A model generated the notes under the pieces. The model worked only from the letters and a program-made list of their open reading frames with translations. It did not search any database and had not been told where the DNA came from. A stretch of DNA of 64,000 nt from the human T2T-CHM13v2.0 reference genome, Homo sapiens. The DNA is taken from assembly GCF_009914755.1 (NCBI RefSeq), contig NC_060932.1. One strand, 5' to 3'. Shown here piece after piece: positions 19,767 through 35,084 of the stretch (positions are counted from its first letter, which is position 1; the number at the start of each line of letters is the position of its first letter). Made by a program: the position numbers and the translations under genes.

Positions 19767-19990
19767 GTTGTTGTTGTTGTTGTTGTTGTTGTTTCTGAGA
19801 CAAGGTCTTGCTCTATCACCCAGCTTGGAGTGCAGTGGCACAATCACGGCCCATTGCAGCCTCAACCTCCTGGACTGAAGTGATCCTCCCACCTCAGTCT
19901 CCTGAGTAGCTGGGACTACAGGCACATGTCACAATGCCTGGCTAATTTTTTCATTTATTTTTGTAGAGATGGGGTCTCTCTCTGTGTTGC
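19767..19990 (-). mobile_element. Truncated Alu with (TTG)n tail
   Basis: Antisense right arm plus part of the left arm. Confidence 0.9.
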
Positions 19991-19994
19991 CCTT

Positions 19995-21152
19995 TATTTG
20001 TCTTTTGATTTTTCTCTTGCTTTAGAATCCTCTCAGAATTTTCAACTAGGGCCACCAATTCAATCATATCTATAACTTTCCGTCCTGGTGTATGTTTTCT
20101 AATTAAATCACTAAATTTAGGATGAAGTCCATTTACAAATACAGAAGCTAATGCCATTTCAGTCTCTGCAGGAAGCGCCCCTTATGGTATTTCAAGTCCA
20201 GCATGTTTTATAAATAGTGTTTCTAAATGGGCTCTGTAATTTGAAATTGGTTCATCTTTTTTTGTCTATAAGATTGTATGATGGACCAATCAACTTTTTG
20301 TGGAAAAATCTTAGGAACTGAATTTGAAAGGTCTTGGCAATTCTTCCAGCTTCTTTCTGCCTTTCTTTTAAGGAGGTTTTGGAGGGTCTTTCACATCCTC
20401 CCCAGGTTGGTCCCATTCCACTCCTGCTATCCGTCTTCAAGCATCACCAGGTCCCAATAGCATATGAATAAATTGGTAAAGATCAGGGAGTACTGGATCA
20501 AATGCTCCAATAAGGTTTCTGAATTCCTTAGTACATTTCCAGGAGGTTTTCTTGGGGCTAGGGAAGTCATTTACAATGGCCCTAAGCTCAATTTTAGACC
20601 ATGGAGTAAAGGTGATTATGGCAGGCATGCCTGCCTGATCAGAGGGTCTCATTTTGCAAGCATTTGCCTAACTTCCCTTTTTTCATTGTCTTCAGGGTGA
20701 AAGGGTAGCTGGGCAAAAGGGTTAGAGAACTCAGAACATTGAGGTAAGGACAGATAAAGAGAAGGAGCAGTCAGAGTTAATTCAGTCAAGGTACAGTCCT
20801 TTTTTTTTAATGTCCTGAGTTTGTTGCTTAAGATTTTCCTTTGCCTCCTGTAAGGAATTTTTTAGGGAGGCAATTTTTAATTCATTTTATCTTCTAGATG
20901 TTTCTTTGTACCAATTAAAAAATGCATCCCGTTGCATTTTGGATTCTTCCTTTTCCAATGTGCCTCACAGGCGAACGATTTTATTTAGGTTGAAAGTTCC
21001 CCATAGTGACCACTCTAATTCTAAGTTATCTTTGTAAGATTAACCCATTTTTCTAAAAATGTGCAAGTCCTGAGTCTATAATTCTTATACATAAAATTTG
21101 CTGGAGTTCCAGAAGATAGAGTGCCAGACTCATTTGATTCAGATGAACCTAT
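19995..21152 (-). pseudogene. ERV gag remnant
   Basis: Start codon reads ATA then GSSESNESG; FTPWSKIELRAIVNDFP; FVNGLHPKFSDLIRKH. Confidence 0.8.
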
Positions 21153-21400
21153 TGTCAACAGGTACCTAGCCAAGGACTGTATCTGGATCTGATCTGGTTA
21201 ATCATCAAATCCAATTTGATCCTGGACCCTGTTTGCTCAAATGAAGTCTGGAGAGCTCAAAATATAATTCATGAAGCTCAGTCTGAGAGGAAATTAATCA
21301 CGGCCTCCAGTTACAAACAAGAGAACAGTGAGCACAGTGTGGTCTGTGGGTACCTCCCCTGGTAGCTCTGTGTTCCCGGGGCTGCCATAGAATGCCTTGG

Positions 21401-21418
21401 ATCCCATTTCTGACACCA
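21401..21418 (-). other. Primer binding site, tRNA-Leu type
   Basis: TGGTGTCAGAAATGGGAT, 4 nt from the LTR end; one mismatch to TGGTGTCAGAAGTGGGAT. Confidence 0.8.
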
Positions 21419-21754
21419 AATCTGTTAAAAATAACACCTTTAGACAAAATAAAAGTAATAGAGTTTATTTTAAACAAAGAACAATTCATGATTTAGGTAG
21501 CACTCAGAATCAAAAGAGATTGGGAGTGCTTGGCTGCAGCAGCATGAGCTGTGAGCTTTTACAAGGAGGGAAGACAATGAAAATGTACCTGATTGGTTTA
21601 GTGTGGGAAGGCCCTGGTTAGAGGTCAGTTGGTGTTAGTTTTGTTTTATTGTTTTATATTGGGCTCTGTTTACCTAGAAGCTAAAATACTGGCCTGTCTC
21701 TGTTTAATGCCCTCCCTATTATGATTTTTTTAAACAATTAATAAGAGTGTACTA

Positions 21755-22081
<327 letters not shown>

Positions 22082-22580
22082 TTAGTTTTAGTATGATTTT
22101 TTCATTTCTTCTTTCATAACTGACAGAGAGTTTTTAATATTTTGACAAAACTTCTTAAAAGTTGCAGAATAATCATAATTCTTCCCACTGAGTATTAAGA
22201 TTGCTTTGCAGTATTCACGATAGACAAGATATGGAATCAATCTGTAACCATCAACAAATGAATAAAGACGCTGTGATGTATACACAAAATGGAATACTCT
22301 ACAGCAGTCCATTGTGAAAGAGAAGGAATTCCTGTCATTTATCACAACATGGGTGAATCTATAGGACACGTAAGTGAAATAAGCCAGGCACAGAAACGGA
22401 AATTCTTTCAAACGTGGAAAAAGAAAAAAAAGAAAAAAGACAAATTCTGCATGATTTCACTTGTATGTGGAATGTATAACAGAGTTAAACTCATAAAGAG
22501 TAGAGTGGTGGTTACTGGAGTCTGGGGGATAAGGGTTGGATTGGGGAGATGTTGGTTAAAGAGTACGACATTTTAGTCAG

Positions 22581-22965
22581 GGCTGAGCACAGTGGCTCAC
22601 GCCTGTAATCCCAACACTTTGGGAGGCTGAGGCAGTAGGATTGCTTGAGTTCAGGAGTTCGAGACTAGCCTGGGCAACATAGGGAGACCCAGTCTCTACA
22701 AAAAATAAATAAATAAGCCAGCATGGTGGCGCGTGCCTGTGGTCCCAGGTATTGGCTTGGTGCAAAAGTTATTGCAGTTTTTGCCATTATTACTTTTAAG
22801 GGCAAACCTGCAATAACTTTTGCATCAACATAATACTTGAGAGGCTTAGATGGGAGGATCACCTGAGCCTGGGAGGTTGAGGCTGCAGTGAGCCATGATC
22901 ATGCCAGTGCACTTCAGCCTGGGCGACAGAGTGAGACTGTGTCTCAAAAAAAATAAAAAAATAAA
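22581..22965 (+). mobile_element. Alu (AluJ-like) containing MADE1
   Basis: TSD attttagtcag. Confidence 0.93.
22752..22833. mobile_element. MADE1 (Hsmar1-derived MITE)
   Basis: 82-bp near-palindrome ttggtgcaaaagttattgcag...ctgcaataacttttgcatcaa with TA duplication. Confidence 0.9.
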
Positions 22966-23173
22966 ATTTTAGTCAGACAGGAGGAAAAAGTTCAGGAGAT
23001 CTATTGTACAACATTGTGACTATAGTCAATACCAATGTATCATAGCTTAAAAATTGCTAAGATAGTAGATTTTAAATCTTTTCACCACAAAGTGAGATAG
23101 TAGGTATGGTAGCTTGATTTAGACATTCCACAAGATATACATATATCAAATCATCATGTTGTATGCCATAGAT

Positions 23174-23674
23174 CAAGAATCCCCAAGTCCATGGCCTGTT
23201 AGGAACCAGGCTGCACAGCAGGAGGTGAGCAGCAGGCGAACAAGCAAAGCTTCATCTGTACTTACAGCTGTTCCCCATCGCTTGCATTACCATGGGAGTT
23301 CTGTTGCCTGTCAGATCAACAGCCGCATTAGATTCTCATGGGACCATGAACCCTATTGTGAACTGTGCATGTGAGGGATCTAGGTTGTGTGCTCTTTATG
23401 AGAATCTAATGCCTGATGATCTGACACTGTCTCCCATCACCCCCACATAGCACCATCTAGTTGCAGGAAAACAAGCTTAGGGCTCCTGCTGATTCTACAT
23501 TATGGTGAGTTGTATAATTATTTCATTATATATTACAATATAATAATAATAGAAGTAAAGTGCACAATAAATGTAATGCACTTGAATCATCCCAAAACCA
23601 TCCCCTCCCTGGTCCATGGAAAAATCGTCTTCCATGAAATCGGTCACTGGTGCCAAAAAGGTTGGGGACCACTG
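23174..23674 (+). mobile_element. MER1A-like hAT-Charlie element
   Basis: Exact 8-bp TSD ccatagat (23166-23173, 23675-23682). Confidence 0.9.
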
Positions 23675-23752
23675 CCATAGATACACCTAATTTTTATTTG
23701 TCAGTTAAAAATAAATTTTTTTAATTTGCATTAAAAAGAGATTTCTGCATAG

Positions 23753-24230
<478 letters not shown>

Positions 24231-24245
24231 GAGGAGTGCTTTTAT

Positions 24246-24906
24246 ATGCTCTTGGAAGTATATGGGGACTCCATTTCTGTCACTGTGGCGATTCCACTTA
24301 TGCATTCACCATGCCAATCCAAGGCAGCTGATGGCTTAGGAAAGTCAGAGACTGAGATGTTAAAATCCTTGGGGCTATCTACCAACATGTCTCCATTCCA
24401 CCTGTTAGGGTTAAAGGTTTTTCTAACCTGGGCCCTGACCTTAGCACAGATCTGCCTATATTTTTTTGAAGTTCAGCCACTTGGACTATTAGCCCTAAAC
24501 TTTTTCTGTACTGCCACTGCAGGGCTGAAGGAGCTTTGCATGCATCCACCAAGTCTGGCTTTCACACCTGAATTTCACACCTCGCTTTCACCCTTAGCTA
24601 TTCCATCTTTCTGTGGAACATCAGTGTCACTTAGCAATAGCCATACAATCCCATTATCCTTATACCTACCTTTCCCTTCAAAGTCTCGGATGCCTGATAC
24701 ATTGCACCTGCTAGTGCATTCACTCCCATTAGTACACTCCCAAGTCCTTCCAGTGAAAGATGTAACAATTGAATGGCCACTGTGCCAAAGGTGCCTGGGC
24801 TCTACCTGCCACCAGTGATGGGGTCCTCACAGCCAACCCAGTGGTGTATCATCCATTTCCAAAACCATCTCACTGCCTGTTTTCTTGGACCACTCCTGGC
24901 ATCAAC
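24246..24906 (-). mobile_element. ERVL internal (leader and gag remnant)
   Basis: Minus strand QICAKVRAQVRKTFNPNRWNGDMLVD resembles ERVL gag; PBS-like tgatgccaggagtggt next to the LTR. Confidence 0.7.
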
Positions 24907-25350
24907 TGTTTCAGGTTAGAGTGACTGAAAATTTGGGTTATAAGATATTTATTAGAGATCAATATCTATTAAAAATGTGAAAGGAAGCAGGATTGTGCTG
25001 AGGAAGAAGATAAACAACAAAGATAACCACAATGTCAGCCCATCAAAGCCTTTGGCCAACCCAGCAGAAAAATCTGGAGCAGGTGTATCTTTTCAGAGTC
25101 TCCCCAGTTAGGTCAAAATGGCTGCGCCTTTACACCCGCACTTCCCTCAATCACGGGCTTCAGGCTGTCCTGGGCATGACCTCAGATGAAGCGGCTCACA
25201 CAGCTGAGGCTAACGTTGTCGGAGCTGACAGCTGAAAGCCGTTTGCTGACCACACTCCCACAGCCGAGCAGCATGCCCTTGCTTGGAGGAGGATTTGGAT
25301 GACACAGCTCTATGTCTGCCGTATTTTGGGGGTCACATTCCTCACACCCA
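24907..25350 (-). mobile_element. ERVL 5' LTR (LTR16/LTR33-like)
   Basis: TG terminus adjacent to the PBS; tttatt, ggaagcaggattg and cctcagatgaagcggctc motifs. Confidence 0.6.
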
Positions 25351-25593
25351 GCTCTGCCTCAAATGGCAACATTGACAAAAATTCATTCCAGTTGCAAACC
25401 AATTGTAGAATACTATAAAACCAGAGTACAAGTCTAATAGCATAAATCTCATCCTAAGTGGAAAAGAAAGGGTCATTTATTCACACATTTTTGGGGAAAA
25501 AAAAAACAACCTTTGCTATGTCTTTATTACAACACGGATACTCACAAAAAATAGTCATATATATTTTCCTCTTTTAAATCTTACAGGAAAAAA

Positions 25594-25918
<325 letters not shown>

Positions 25919-26472
25919 CTAGAAAAAAAGGAATAATTTTTCCTTTTCAGTATCACTGGAAAAGCAGAGTCATCTAGTAAACCCTGTTACTAACATGCAG
26001 TTACACTGTACAAAATTAAACACATCTCACATGACTGTCATGGGTTCCCTCTGCAGAGCTGAATCACATCTACAAAAGTAAACTCCCCTAGGAGAATAAT
26101 AGAAACATGGAAAATGGGAGGAAGGCCCACCATTACAGATGTAGCGGGAAAGGAGCTCAGAGGTTAACCACAGCATGAATTCCTAACATGCTGAAATAAT
26201 AAAATGATTTCAGTCCACCAACAAGTTTACTTAGTGTCTTCAGCATTGCCTCTGAGGCTCCAGAGGTCCTGAGTGGCTGCTGAGGACCACAGGGACTAAA
26301 TGACTTCCCCAAGGTCATGTTGCTCATTTCTGGCAAAATTGGGACCAAAACCCAGCCCTCCTGACACAGGATGGTGCTTGTTTCTCTCTTCAGGTTTCTC
26401 TTCAGCGCTGAATGGTATGTGTGGTATACGTAAGGTTATAAAACAAAGCGAGGTAACAGCTTTGCTTCTTTT

Positions 26473-26616
26473 TATATATATATACTTTTAAGTTCTAGGG
26501 TACATGTGCACAACGTGCAGGTTTGTTACATATGTATACATGTGCCATGTTGGTGTGCTGCACCCATTAAACTCGTCATTTATATTAGATACATCTCCTA
26601 ATGCTATCCCTCTGCC
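26473..26616 (-). mobile_element. Young L1PA 3' end, severely 5'-truncated
   Basis: tactttaagttctagggtacatgtgcacaacgtgcagg; 16-bp TSD cagctttgcttctttt. Confidence 0.92.
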
Positions 26617-26660
26617 CAGCTTTGCTTCTTTTCATGATGCTACTCCAGTTTCAAGATCAC

Positions 26661-27350
26661 TGTAGCAGATGCCATCAGTGCGCACTGGCTCTGGGCATGT
26701 CTTCCTCCCACCCTGAACCTTCTCTGCCAGAGCCCACATTACCTATGATCATAAGAGAGCCCTGTGTGCCTGGAGATTATCCCTCTCCCCATCCCCTAAA
26801 GCAGCCCTTAATCAATGACTGACAGGTATGAAATAGAAATATTTCCATTCCTGGACCAGGCACTGTGGCTCACGCATGTAATCCCAGCACTTTGGGAGGC
26901 CGAAGTGGGCAGATCACCTGAGGTCAGGAGTTCAAGACCAGCCTGGCCAACATGGTGAAACCCTGTCTCTACTAAAAATACAAAAATTAGCCGGGCATGA
27001 TAGTGGGTACCTATAATCCCAGCTACTCGGGAGGCTGAGGCGGGAGAATCGCTTGAACCTGGGAGGCGGGAGTTGCAGTGAGCCAAGACCTCACCATTTC
27101 ACTCCAGCCTGGGTGGTAGAGGGAGACTCCGTCTCAAAAAAAAAAAAGTTTCCATTCTTTTTCCTCTGAGGGGACAACTCTGAGATGAGACCTACCCCAT
27201 CCCTGAGACAACTCTGCTTGCTTATTTGGCCTCTTCCCTTTCCTGCTCCCTTTTCTTATTTACTTAATGATTTTTCCTGAGAATGCTCTCTATTTAAGCC
27301 ATTTTCATATGCATTATCCTCGTCTCAGAATCTGCTTCTGAGGAATCCAA
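26661..27350 (+). mobile_element. LTR16-like ERVL solo LTR split by an Alu (26853-27147)
   Basis: Starts tgtagcagatgcc; ends ctcagaatctgcttctgaggaatccaa. Confidence 0.6.
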
Positions 27351-27409
27351 ATGAAAAATACTACCAACTCTGGAATTATTATTACTATTACAACCACGTT
27401 TTCTTTTAA

Positions 27410-28510
<1,101 letters not shown>

Positions 28511-28898
28511 TGACAACCACCCCTTCTTGAGCACTTACCGTATGGATCTGGGTATCAGAGAACCTTGGTTAAAATCCTGGATCTGTTACTGACTCATTGT
28601 TTGACTTTGGACATGTTATTGAGTCTCTTATATCTAAATTCCTTTGTAAAACATGGAAAATAATCTCTCTAAAGGATAGTAAGGACCTGTTTTATGTGGG
28701 TGTGTGTTGAGGGTACTCAATTAGACAGTGGGCTGGGCTGCAGCCTTGGCACACAGTGAGGCTGCAGCTAAATAACTTTCCAAAGTGTCTATCACTGACA
28801 TCTGTGGCCACGGAGTAAGTAAATTATTTCCAAGCTTTCTGATCACTGGGGCAAGAGAAATAGTGATTTTTCTGTATCCCATGGGATTAGACCACTGA

Positions 28899-29212
<314 letters not shown>

Positions 29213-31096
29213 ACTGAAGGGTTTTGTAAGCATTTATTGACAGACTGGTGACCGTAGCCAGATAAGCTCCCCAAGGGGATAAGAGTATTCTTGAGACACA
29301 GGGGGAAGAAGAAACTGAAGGGGAGGGAGTGGACCAGGCACGAACTGGAGCATCAAGCTTGTATATCAATATCAAAGGGAAAGTGGGGCCTGGTCCACGG
29401 AGGTCCCTCCGGAGCAGCTGAAGATTTCAAAACAAGATAATGGTGATGGGGGTGGGATGGCCTGGGGGCACAAAAGGAATAGGTGAAACTGGATGTAAAG
29501 TGTGCGAGTCTGTATTTTTAACAAGCACCCAGGTGATTTGGGGATAAAGCCTAAGTAGAAGATCTTGCTTATATGAGAATATTGGGCTAGAAGAAAACGC
29601 TGTAGTTTTCCAGTGAAAACCTCAGCTGCCCTTGACATGCTAATTTGTATCTGAATTTCCAAGAAATGATTATTGCAACCCCTGTGGGGTTATAATCCAG
29701 TCCCCTACCGCGGCAGGTGGACCTTCCACCTCCAGGAATTTTAATTCCTGTGTCATTCATGAATGTATGCTGCCATATTTTTCAAAGCCCTAGGATGGGG
29801 CTCTCCTTGGACTAGATGAATCTTTTAAAATAGGTCTGAGCTCTTACTACACTTCCCATCCCTGTTTTATAAAAGTAAGGTATTTACTTATTAATTAATA
29901 CTTATGTAAATCACAACATTCTAACATTAGTTTAACTGAATACAGTTTTTTCTTTTTTTTTATTTTTTAGAAGCTCTGAGGAGTGAATCCACAATACAGT
30001 TCAAAGAGAGATTTAAATTGCTAATTTCCCGGCACTGGAATGTGGGGAAAGATTGTCACAGATTTAGCATGAAAGCCATGTATTTAACATTCCTATGTAA
30101 TAACCCTCTCTTAAATTGCATTTTGGTTTGAGAAACAGCAAGAACAAATTCAGCATTAGGGGGAAACTTTGCTGTTGATCTCAAAGGGAATGAGAATTTA
30201 GGGAGCACCTCTGCCCACCAGGAAGGAGCTTTCTCTTGAGTCTCCCACATGACTGTGTACTATGGATCACATTGGAAGAACTTCTCTTTTTCCTAATGCT
30301 GTCTGAGTTTTGCATTTTGGTGCCAGAACAGGGAAGTGAAGGGATACATAAGAGACACACATAATAGAAATGTAAAAGACAAGCAATACCACCAGACGAT
30401 AGATGTAATTTGGAACAAAGATATTTTTATTTGCCTAAGGCTCAGAAAGTCGTGCCAGGCAATGCTGGAAGGAATTGGTTGGCTTCCTCTCCCAAACCAC
30501 TTCCTCAGTGCTCATCCTCTTTCAGGTGGACAAGATATGGCATTTTGACTGCTAGCAAATGTCACTGTGACATTTCAATGGCACAATTGGTGACAATTCA
30601 GCCAATTTTTGTTGGGCACCCTCCACATGCCCCAGGGTCTGGGCTCAGCCCTTTACGTACGTGGGCTCATTGATTCTTCCATGTTTTCTAGAATGTGATT
30701 TTACCCTGGCTGGCACAGAGTAAATGCCCAAAGAATGGTAGCTATTGTTTTTAATCATCATTATTAATTTTATAAATAACTTCCATATCAGGTGATGGGA
30801 AAATTTCAGACTTTGATTTGGGCCTTGGAAAACAGGTTCAGTTTCAGTAGATGGAGGTAAAAGGAGGCAAAGAGCGACCTTACGTAAATCCAAGGCTGAA
30901 GGAAGGAGGCTCTAAGGGGTGTGTGGGTGATTAGGAGTAAAGTATCTTGTCTGAAATGAAGAGTTTCTATACAGCATGCTTATTTGGAGTCATGCCTAAC
31001 AAGATTACTTTGGGTCTAATTTTGGAAGCTTGGTACTCCAGGGAGCTTGGACATGAATTTAAAGACAATGGGAACTCACATTTAAGTTTCTGAAAC

Positions 31097-31949
<853 letters not shown>

Positions 31950-32039
31950 TTAAAAGTGATAGAGTCAGGGGCTGAACCAGGATATCGGCCATAGAAGCAG
32001 AAAGGAAGGGGTATGTGTGAAAGAAATTAAGAAAGAAGA

Positions 32040-32430
32040 TGTCAGGCCTCTGAGCCCAAGCTAAGCCATCATATCCCCTGTGACCTGCACGTATACATCC
32101 AGATGGCCTGAAGCAACTGAAGAATCACAAAAGAAGTGAAAATGGCTGATTCCTGCCTTAACTGATGACATTACCTTGTGAAATTCCTTCTCCTGGCTCA
32201 GAAGCTCCCCTACTGAGCACCTTGTGACACCCCACCCCTGCCTGCCAGAGAACAACCCCCTTTGACTGTAATTTTCCACTACCTACCCAAATCCTATAAA
32301 ATGGCCTTATCCCTATTTCCCTTTGCTGACTCTCTTTTCAGACTCAGCCCACCTGCACCCAGATGATTAAAAATTTTTATTGCTCACATAAAGCCTGTTT
32401 GGTGGTCTCTTCACATGGACACGCGTGACA
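32040..32430 (+). promoter_or_regulatory. 5' LTR7 with TATA box
   Basis: cctataaaa at about 32293; ATTAAA-type polyA signal; TG...CA ends. Confidence 0.85.
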
Positions 32431-34161
32431 TTTGGTGCCAAAACCCAGGATTATCCCTGATACCACACCTGACCCCTATGACTGTATATCTCTAATCCAC
32501 CTGGCATTCACTCGATTTCCCCATATTTCCTTCTTTCCTGTTCCTCACCCTGATCATACTTGGTTTATTGATGGCAGTTCCACCATGCCTAATCACCATT
32601 CACCAGCAAAGGCAGGCTATGCTATAGTATCTTCGACACCTATCATTGAGGTTACTGCTCTGCCCCCCTTCACTACTGCTCAACAAGCCAAACTCATTTC
32701 CTTAACTTGAGCCCTCACTCTTGTAAAAGGACTACGCGTCAATATTTATACTGACTTTAAATATGCCTTCCATATCCTGCACCACCATGCTGTTATATGG
32801 GCGAAAAGAAGTTTCCTCACTACACAAGGGTCCTCCATCGTTAATGCCTCTTCAATAAAAACTCTTCTCAAGGTCGCTTTACTTCCAAAAAAAACTAGAG
32901 TCATTCACTGCAAGGGCCATCAAAAGGCATCAGATCCCATTGCTCAGGGCAGCACTTATGCTGATAAGGTAGCTAAAAAAGCAGCTAGTGTTCCAACTTC
33001 TATCCCTCATGGCAGTTTTTCTCCTTCTCATCAGTCACTCCCACTTACTTCCCCACTGAAACTTCCACCTATCAATCTCTTCCCACACAAGGCAAATGGT
33101 TCTTGGACCAAGGAAAATATCTTCTTCCAGCCTCACAGGCCCATTCTATTCCATCGTCATTTCATAACCTCTTCCATGTAGGTTACAAGCCGCTAGCCTG
33201 CCTCTTAGAACCTCTCAATTCCTTTCCATTGTGGAAATCTATCCTCAAGAAAATCACTTCTCAGTGTTCCATCTGCTATTCTACTACTCCTCAGGGATTG
33301 TTCAGGCCCCCTCCCTTCCCTACACATCAAGCTCGGGGATTTGCCCCCACCCAGGACTGGCAAATTGGCTTACTCACATGCCCCAAGTCAGGAAACTAAA
33401 ATACCTCATGGTCTAGGTAGACATTTTCACTGGCTGGGTAGAGGCCTTTCCCACAGGGTCTGAAAATGCCACCGTGGTCATTTCTTCCCTTCTGTAAGAC
33501 ATAATCCCTCGGTTTGGCCTTCCCACCTCTATACAGTCCCAGCTGTATACAATAACGGACCAGCCTTTATTAGTCAAATCACCCAAGCAGTTTCTCAGGC
33601 TCTTGGTATTCAGTGGAACCTTCATACCCCTTACTGTCCTCAATCTTCAGGAAAGGTAGAATGGACCAATGGTCTTTTAAAAACACACCTCACCAAGCTC
33701 AGCCTCCAACTTAAAAACGAGGACTCTGTCAAGGATAGAGACCAAAAACTCACCAATCAAGGAAGTAATTATGCTGAACCCCCTTGGGCACTCTCTAATT
33801 GGATGTTCTGGGTTCTCCCAATTCTTAGTCCTTTAATACCTGTTTTTCTCCTTCTCTTATTCAGACCTTGTGTCTTCTGTTTAGTTTCTTAATTCATACA
33901 AAACGGCATCCAGGCCATCACCAATCATTCTATATGACAAATGCTCCTTTTAACAACCCCACAATATTGCCCCTTACCACAAAATCTTCCTTCAGCTAAA
34001 TCTCTCCCACTCTAGGTTCCCACACTGCCCCTAATCCCGCTCGAAGCAGCCCTGAGAAACATCGCCCATTATCTCTCCATACCACCCCCCAAAATTTTCA
34101 CCACCCCAACACTTCAACACTATTTTGTTTTATTTTTCTTATTAATATAAGAAGACAGGAA

Positions 34162-34551
34162 TGTCAGGCCTCTGAGCCCAAGCCAAGCCATCATATCCCC
34201 TGTGACCTGCATGTATACATCCAGATGGCCTGAAGCAACTGAAGAATCACGAAAGAAGTGAAAATGGCTGGTTTCTGCCTTAACTGATAACATTACCTTG
34301 TGAAATTCCTTCTCCTGGCTCAGAAGTTCCCCCACTGAGCACCTTGTGAGCCCCACCACTGCCCGCCAGAGAACGACCCCCTTTGACTGTAATTTTTCTT
34401 TACTTACCCAAATCCTATAAAATAGCCCCATCCCTATCTCCCTTCACTGACTCTCTTTTCGGATTCAGCCCACCTGCACCCAGGTGATTCAAAAGCTTTA
34501 TTGCTCACATAAAGCCTGTCTGGTGGTCTCTTCACATGGACACGCATGACA
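34162..34551 (+). mobile_element. 3' LTR7
   Basis: Roughly 90% identical by eye to the 5' LTR. Confidence 0.92.
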
Positions 34552-35084
34552 GAGAACTTGTTAGGACTTAACATCAGGTGAAAATTATGAGGAAGATGGA
34601 AAAATTAAAGAGGGTATAAAGGTCTTAATCTGGAAAGTATGGTAGTATCATTTCCAGAAAAGGGAGATGATTTTTAGATATAAATTGGTAACCTGACTTT
34701 GAACACATTGATTTCAATTAGAGTGGACCATCTCAGTGAAACTGTCTACTAAGCAGTTGCAAGTGGAGGATGGGTAAATAGTGTAAACTCTAGGGGAACA
34801 GAAGAATGCAGAATCTTTTGTGTGGAAAGACTCATCTTTTGTGGGTAAAGGAGGAAGGGAGCCATTGAAGGAGAAGGAGGAGAGGTTTGATATGTGGGAA
34901 GAGAAGTGACATAGAAAGTAGCATCACATAAGTCAAGAGAGGAGATAGATTCAAGCCAGGGGATGGGAAGTGGTCAAAAATGAGGAGAAAAGCTTGAGGC
35001 AGTAGATATCTGTGGGGGGCACTCCTGCTCTCCTGACCTCCCTGCTTCTGGATGATATATCAGAAGGTACTACTTCTATGATTC

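Larger units (their letters stand above)
22206..23730 (+). mobile_element. L1MA-type 3' end, split by an Alu and MER1A
   Basis: agtgaaataagccaggcacagaaa, gagatctattgtacaacat, catcatgttgta motifs. Confidence 0.8.
32040..34551 (+). mobile_element. HERV-H provirus, internally deleted (LTR7-PBS-RNaseH/IN-env TM remnant-PPT-LTR7)
   Basis: LTR7 start tgtcaggcctctgagcccaagc at 32040 and 34162; WFIDGSS, HCKGHQ, HNLFHVG..CSIC motifs; PPT taagaagacaggaa. Confidence 0.95.

Noticed and set aside
19582-19803. Poly-Q ORF (also poly-I/Y at 13019-13372 and CV/TH repeats at 18531-19000)
   Set aside because: Microsatellites in Alu tails or linkers
26394-26414. 21-nt + strand mini-exon-like segment (cag|...|gtatgt)
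   Set aside because: Isolated, no partner exon found; likely chance
29945-29970. Strong + strand acceptor-like polypyrimidine tract
   Set aside because: No matching donor or reading frame identified
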